From Escherichia phage ERS-1: a DNA stretch of 64,000 nucleotides. The translations under genes were made by a program, and so were the position numbers. The notes beneath the pieces were generated by a model. That model made no database searches, was not told where the DNA came from, and saw only the letters and a list, made by a program, of their open reading frames with translations. Numbering within the stretch: position 1 is the first letter of the stretch; each line of letters starts with the position of its first letter. Shown piece after piece: positions 58,202 through 64,000 of the stretch. The stretch is taken from sequence record PP337211; one strand, 5' to 3'.

Positions 58202-60130
58202 TTAGGTCCGGCGCTGGCCGATGAGTAGGGGCTTGTTCGGTTCTTCGGGCTCCTCGCTTTCTTCTGGTGACGTTTGGTTTGAGGGCTCGCTCTGTACCGG
58301 GATGGCCCTTTGGGGTGTCCTGGTTGCGCGAAGGAGGAACCCGGCCGGTGAATCTGGGTACCGCCTTCTGTCTGTCCTTTGCACCCTCTCCGTCCGGTGG
58401 CCGGGTCGACGCGGTCCGGCTCGCCGGCTCCTCCGCCGGGGCGTCCGCTTCGGGCTCGCCGCCGTCTCTTCCTTTGCCAGGATGCCCACCGCTTCCCGCC
58501 GGGCGGAAGGTCGTGTGCCCTTCGCCCCGCCTTCCCTGGTGCTGGCTGTGTCCCAGTCTTCCCGCTGATGTCGGAGCTGCCGCCGCTCCGCTCGCCGCGG
58601 AACGACCCGCTGGGCGGCGACGGGCGGGGCGGCGACGTGTTCCTGGACGGTGACGCGGGAGGGGCCTTGCCGCGGACCCGAACGCGGTCCGTAGTCCCCC
58701 GCCTTCGCCTCGCGGGCCGCCTGAACTCGACGGCGGTGCGGTCGAAGCTGTAGGCGAGTTCGGCCGGACCGGAGCTGACGTTGTCGGGCGTGCCGACGGT
58801 CCCGGTCGGGGCGATGGAAGTGAGGTGGGAGTTGCGGATGCCGTATTTGGCGATGGCGTCCTGCGTCCTCGCGGAGGGTCTTGATGAACTGGCCCTGAAG
58901 GTACTTGTCCTTGTCGAACTTCGGGAAGGAGCCCTTGACCTTGGCGATGTGGGCGCTGCCTGGTAGGCTGCGCGTGCGCGTGTCGGTACCCTGCCTCGAA
59001 GGCGAGGAAGGCGGGCGAACCGTACGCGGCCTGGCTTCGCGCGTTGCCCTGCCGGCGATCCCGAGGCCCTTGCGGCGCTTGTCCTTGGCTTCCTGCTTCT
59101 GCTGCGGCGGGTACATCGCGCCATCAACCCGTTGCCATCGCGCGGACCACCTGCGGATGTCCTCGCGGACTGGTCCCGTCGAAGGCGTAGCGGCCCGCCC
59201 CGTCCTCTAAGATGTACTTGACCTGTTGAAGGAGCCCAGGAGGCAGGCACCGTAGGGCGGCAGGGGTTGCTCGCCGGTGGGGTTCGTGGCGGCGATGGTC
59301 TGGCGTCCTGGCGCTCGTTTGCGGTTGATCGCGTCGATTAATGGCGTACCCGGCTCCGCCTGTCCCGTTCGTGCGATCGCGTCCTGGCGCCTGGGCGTCG
59401 CTTCGCGGGCAGGTCTGGCCCTCGAAGGTGAGGGGAACGGCTCGCCGGAGGCGATGCGGCGCTGCCTTGTCGGTGATGGCGACGGAGACGTTGAAGCTGG
59501 TTGCTTTGGGTCTGCCGAAGGAGACGGGCCGCCGCTTCTGGGCTCCCTCCGGGAGTTGGTCCAGGTCCGGCGGCTGAACGTCCTTCCCGGGTTGCTTGGC
59601 GTGAATGAACTCCTCGATGTCGGGATGGTCCGCGGATCGTTGTCCGGGCTCCGCGGCGATGGCCGGCAGGAGGCGACGGCTGGCAATCGCGTCGAAGATG
59701 TGGGTGAAGCTGATGGGGCCGGAGGAGTGGGACTGGAGCTTGCGGATCGGTCGCCGCGAGGACGGAGGGTGCTGAAGTCAGGCCGATCCCCGCCGCCCTT
59801 CCCCGGTATCGCGTGGCCGCGGCTTCCGCGGCCCGGATCGCTTGACGGAGCCTTCGCCGTCCCAAGCTGTCGTTGATCGTCCCGGAGACGTAGGTTGTAT
59901 GGCGTGACCTGGCGAGTGGAGCCCGTTTGCGGACTGGATGCGGCCCGCCGGGAGGAAGCTGCGCCTGGAGGGCGTCCCGGAAGTCCGCGAAGTGCTGGTC
60001 ATTGTTCCTTCAGGGCCGCGGCGATCCGGTTCGATGGCCTCGCGGAAGGACTCGCCGCTGCCGCGGTACTTCTGGGCGTGTAGTTCTTGTGAGTAGGGTA
60101 CTTGAGGACCTGTTGTGAGTCTCCTGAAGG
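58202..60130 (-). CDS. Ribonucleotide reductase catalytic (alpha) subunit, copy 2 (3' end present); frame broken
   Basis: Same motifs as copy 1 plus RQTIAATNPTGEQPLPPYGACLLGSFN (NPCGE-type active-site region); C-terminal ...EESEEPEEPNKPLLIGQRRT then stop at 58202. Confidence 0.8.
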
Positions 60131-60139
60131 GTTGAGGGC

Positions 60140-61306
60140 TTTCTATCGTGTTGTTGCTCCTGTTCTTGGGTAGGCTGGTGAACGAGGTCGATGTGTTCCG
60201 CGGCCCGGGTAATGGCGGTGTATGCCCCTTTCCTTCCGGTCCTTCCCGTACCCCTGTCCGGGCCTGGCGGACGTTGTTCCTTCGGGAGCCCTGCGACTTG
60301 TGGACGGTGAGCGGCTGCCCGTCGAACTCCTCCGCGTCCTCCGCTCCCAAGATTCGCTTGTTGCCGTGGAAGTAGTGGGGGTGGGCGCTGACTTCGACCT
60401 TCGCGCCGTCCTCGCCTTCGATGTCCTTTACGGTCGCCGCTGTCGAAGATCGTGTCGCGGCGGACCTTCCGGCTGGCCGTTGAGGCCTGCCCGTGGTTGT
60501 TGCGGAGGTGCCGCTCGTCGCCTTCCTGGGTGGGCGTCTGTCCGCCCGAGGAGTTCCCGGGTACGTCCGTTGCTCGTGATTCTCGTGGCGTCCTGCCGGG
60601 TCAGGAGCCCTTGGCGGTGGAGGTACCATGTCCCGCAGTTCTTCGCGCTGTGGTGGCGGTGGGAATTTGTGGCTGGTCCGTAGTCGCCGGGGCGGAGGCG
60701 CGGCCCTCGCGGACCTCCTTGGAGGTCCGGAACGATCGGGTTGTCCTGGGCCTGGCGGTGAATCTCCGTGAGGATGTCGGGCTTGTTCTTGAAGAAAGGG
60801 CGCTGCCCGGCGGGAGCTGTCCGGGATCGCCTGGTGAGGATCGGTGCCGAAGCCAGGCCCTCCTCCCGCCGTCGGTTGCGGAGATTTGCGAGCGTGGCCT
60901 CGAACCAGGGGCGACTCCGCGTTGAGCTGGAAGGTCGGGCGGGCGAGGTCGATCTGCTCCGCCTTGATCGCCGCAATCGACCTTCGCGAGGGTTTCCGGG
61001 ACGGGCTTGTGAAGTGAAGAGCCGCGCCCGCTCCGCTTGGAGTTCCTTCTGGTGCTGCTGCGACTTGTCCTTGGGCGTGTAGATGAGCTTGTGAATGGGT
61101 TCCGTTGGTCGCCCCGGACTTCGTGAGGACGTGAGCGGCCTTGCCGGTGTAGGCGGCGAAGTGCCGGACCGTCGACGGTCGCGGCGAGGTGTTTGGCCGG
61201 GTGGTCTTGCCGGTTCCGGCGTACCCGGCGAGCTGGAAGGCGGGCTTGTCCCGGGTCTTGAGCGATGCTGCCCGGTTGGCGCGGTCCGCCGTTGCGGACT
61301 CCGTCA
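60140..61306 (-). CDS. RecD/Dda-like SF1B DNA helicase, copy 2 (intact ATG start with RBS); frame broken internally
   Basis: rc GAAACGGAGAACGGTC-ATG (ATG is complement of 61304-61306): MTESATADRANRAASLKTRDKPAFQLAGYAGTGKTT...FAAYTGKAAHVL...; motif V TVHKSQGS in frame with HYFHGNK; motif VI YTAITRAAEH one frame off. Confidence 0.8.
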
Positions 61307-61334
61307 TGACCGTTCTCCGTTTCTGATGAAAAGA

Positions 61335-61355
61335 AGGGGGGCCCTTGAAGGCCCC
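61335..61355 (-). terminator. GC-rich hairpin upstream of helicase RBS (copy of 3052-3072)
   Basis: ggggggccc-ttgaa-ggccccc inverted repeat. Confidence 0.35.
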
Positions 61356-61364
61356 CTGAAGGTA

Positions 61365-62100
61365 CGGCCCGAGGGCGGGCCGTCCGGGCTGGTCCTCCCG
61401 GTGGAATCGGGTCCGGCTTGCCGCCGCCTGCGCCTGGGCTTCTTCGTCCGCGAGCCCGGAGCCTGCGAACGGGCGCGCGGGCCTCGCCCTGCTCGATCGT
61501 CGATTCGATGTTCGGCGGATGGAACCTGCGGTTGTGGGCAGGAGGTGAGCCTGCTGGGCGTTCTCGCCGTCGAAGGCGATGGCGTCCCGTTGAAGAACTG
61601 GCCCTTGTCGTTCTCGCTTGCGGTCTTGAGGCGGTAGCGGTGGGCGAACCTGCGGAGCCGGAATGCGGCGACCGTCCGGCGGAATCTGGATGGCTTGGCC
61701 TTGGTCCTTCCTGCCCTTGCACTTCTTGATCTTCGTGGAGCTGAAGGCCGGTGACCGCTTCCAGGCGTTGCCGTGGTCGTTGCGCGATGCCGGCTGGCGC
61801 AAGGTTTCGATCCTGGCTCGTCGCCGTCCGGGGTGCTGCAGCTGCCGTGCCCCGAGGACGCGGCCTTGGCGGGTTCACCAGGTCGCCGTCGACTTCGTGG
61901 ATGCCCGCAAACCGCCGCCCGCATCGCGTGGGCTTCCACGCCACGTACACGTGCCGGGTGGTCGCCGGGACGAGTGGACGCCCTTGGCCGTCCCGGCTTC
62001 GCCGGTCCCGGTGTTGGATCATGCCCTGGTGGTGCTGTCGTTCTCCTGGAGCTGCGGGCTGAGGGCCTGAGAATCTGGAGGAACGGGATGCTGTAGTCAT
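61365..62100 (-). CDS. Hypothetical protein upstream of helicase, copy 2; frame broken
   Basis: Homologous to 3075-3800; shares the SIPFLQIL and DTIAFDGE peptides but with different indels. Confidence 0.3.
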
Positions 62101-62702
62101 TGCTGGTCTGGCTCTCGAAAACCCGCGCGCCCGCGTAGTGGTGCGTGCCTGGCCTCTGCGGTTGCGGTGTTCTGTTCCTTCAGCCCGAGGTCGGTGGTCT
62201 TGCTATCGGTCTTCTGGCGGTTACAGGCTCCTTCGGTTCGATGTGAGCGGGTCGATTGGGCCCCCGGTCGAATAGCCCTGCCGTTCCTGCCGGTGTACCC
62301 GCGTCCCGCGGGGCGGTTCGGCTCGGGAGGAAGGCCCGGGGCCGTCCTCCTTCCTGGTTTGTTCTTCGATCTTGGACGTGCTGACGATGGACCCAGGTGT
62401 CGGGGGACTTCCTCGCCTTGCGTGGCCCTCGCGGACGAAAGCGGTAGGGTTGAAGGATGGACGCTGGCGTTGTCGCCGCCTCGAACTCGTCCGCGAGACG
62501 CTGGCGGTTCGCTGCCTTCTGCCCCTCGCCCTTGCCGAAGGCGACGGTGACCCGCGCTCGATCATCGCGGCGCGGCCGTTCTGCTCGAGCCGGCGAAGGC
62601 GAGCGGGGCCTTGGCCTTCGGGATGCTGGCGCGGATCGTCTCGTCGGGTTTGATCTTCTGGCGGTGGTGGTCTTGAGCTGCCAAGTTGCGCCGATCTGGT
62701 CC

Positions 62703-62887
62703 TTAGTTTGTACCCTGGCGCTCCGCGATGTCGCGGAGTTCTTCGCGGGCCTTGTCGAGTTGGGCTTCGAGGTCTGCGACCTTCGACTGGGCGCCTGTTG
62801 TTCGGCCTGCTGAGCGAGTTGGTCCTGGCTTGTCGCCGGCGGTCTGAGGTTGGACATAGTCCAGGTATGCGTTTTCACTTGAGGCAT
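62703..62887 (-). CDS. Small coiled-coil protein, copy 2 (ATG and stop present, one internal frameshift)
   Basis: rc GGAGAACCAC-ATG (ATG is complement of 62885-62887); C-terminal frame ...SKVADLEAQLDKAREELRDIAERQGTN then stop at 62703; length is not a multiple of 3. Confidence 0.35.
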
Positions 62888-62927
62888 GTGGTTCTCCGTT
62901 TCTTCGGTAGAGGGGTATCCCAATTGC

Positions 62928-62965
62928 TGAAGAAGTATAGCCGGTTGTTCGGAAGAAGTAAAGAG
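62928..62965 (-). promoter_or_regulatory. Sigma70-like promoter of the recurring family (-35 TTTACT 62957-62962, -10 TATACT 62934-62939, 17-bp spacer)
   Basis: rc CCTCTTTACTTCTTCCGAACAACCGGCTATACTTCTTCAG; paralogue of 4597-4630. Confidence 0.55.
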
Positions 62966-64000
62966 GCCCAGGCGTCCACCGCGATGTAGCGTTGGTCCTT
63001 GCCGCTCCCTTAGCAGGGACGTCCCGTCGTTGGCGTCCGCGGCGATGGCGACGGCGAACCGATTGGGTACCGGATCGCCCGAGGCGAGGTGGTCCCCCGG
63101 CCCGAAGTCGGCCCGCTTTCTCCTCGGGCCGGTCATTCGGCTCCGGGCGGAAGGGGCCGCGGTCGGGCGGCGGGCACCGGCCTTCCCCAACTCCTCCGCC
63201 GGCGAGGTTGAATTTGGGCTCGAACCGCTGCTCGTCGCGGTCCCTGCGGTGTTGGTCTGTACAAATACACGGCTCGGGGTAGTCGTCACAACCTGTCTTT
63301 GAGGCGGTCGCCGGTGATCTGGCTCGCCCGTCCAATTCGTTTCGGCTTTCCCCTTCCCTTCCCCGGAGTCCTGCGCCCAGGTCGATGCACCTGCCCGTTG
63401 TTGGTCTGTCCGATCCGGTGGGCGCGGTCCTCCGACTGGAGGCGGTCGTTTGGCTTGAAGCTGTTGGAATAATAAAATGACCTGCTCTGGCTGTGGTCGG
63501 GTGCCGGTGCTGCGTCGCCCCCGCCGCGGGGTTGCCCTTTAGCCTCGCGGGCCCGCTCCTCCGGCGGACGGCCTCGCGCCCTGGACCCTGCCCGTTGTGG
63601 GCAGCGGGCGCTCGCCCTGGAACCGGGCCTCGGCGTCCGCCCGCTCGTCGTTCGTTTCCTGCCCTGCGGCGGACCGCGCCGACGCCGCGCTCGCGGAGGG
63701 CGTCCATTTGGTGATGTCCGCTTCTGGAACCGGGCCCGGTCATCGCCTTGCGCCGGACTCCGACGGTTCCGGGGTGTCGGTGACGGCTCGGCCCCGGGAT
63801 TGTGTACCCGGGTTCCGCTTCGTCGTCGGTCGGGAGGTAGCTGGCGTGATCTGCTGGAGGCGGAGGAGCCGGGTGATGGCGAGGGCGGCGATGACCGGGG
63901 CGGTGCCCTCCGCGCCCTGTCGGGGCGTCTCCTGGTCGGTGGGTAGACGAAGCCGTTGAAATTTTTTACCGCCGTTTGCCCGGTGCCGGGCGTCCGGCGA

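Larger units (their letters stand above)
58290..64000. repeat. Copy 2 of the diverged ~5.7-kb direct repeat (partner 1-5700)
   Basis: Colinear with window start; window end (ccgccgtttgcccgg...) matches ~5640-5660. Confidence 0.85.

Noticed and set aside
1-64000. Plus-strand ORFs as genes
   Set aside because: Wherever a recognisable motif, RBS or promoter was found it was on the minus strand; plus-strand ORFs overlap these and show T/C-biased third positions typical of antisense reading of GC-rich genes.
1-64000. CRISPR array or other short tandem spacer-repeat structure
   Set aside because: No regularly spaced direct repeats of 24-48 bp were seen; the only recurring short element is the promoter box, which is irregularly spaced and always upstream of genes.

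Overview
64-kb window, ~67% GC. Every gene I can recognise lies on the minus strand, so the region is transcribed right-to-left as one block. Content is that of a tailed phage or prophage of a high-GC (actinobacterial-type) host, identified from conserved peptide motifs read off the reverse complement: ribonucleotide reductase catalytic subunit, RecD/Dda-like helicase, primase-polymerase fused to an SF3/D5-type NTPase, family-A DNA polymerase with 3'-5' exonuclease motif, a dUTPase/dCTP-deaminase-like protein, a candidate tape-measure protein and many unassigned small genes. Bacterial-type signals are present: RBS GGAGAA 4-6 nt before ATG, and a recurring sigma70-like promoter (-35 TTTACT, 17 bp, -10 TATACT). 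Two caveats dominate. (1) Reading frames are broken by small indels every ~50-300 bp, even inside the most conserved domains, so no gene is recovered as one intact ORF; the long ORFs in the supplied track are mostly off-frame artefacts of GC-rich DNA. I cannot tell decayed pseudogenes from indel-rich sequence error or a non-natural sequence, so all coordinates are approximate. (2) The first ~5.7 kb recurs, colinear but diverged, at 58.3-64.0 kb, giving a unit of ~58.3 kb. No rRNA, tRNA or CRISPR array was found. I found no defensible evidence for a novel defence or anti-defence system; the most unusual signals are the promoter family built from a tandemly duplicated box, two homologous AT-rich iteron-like islands, and the pervasive frame disruption.
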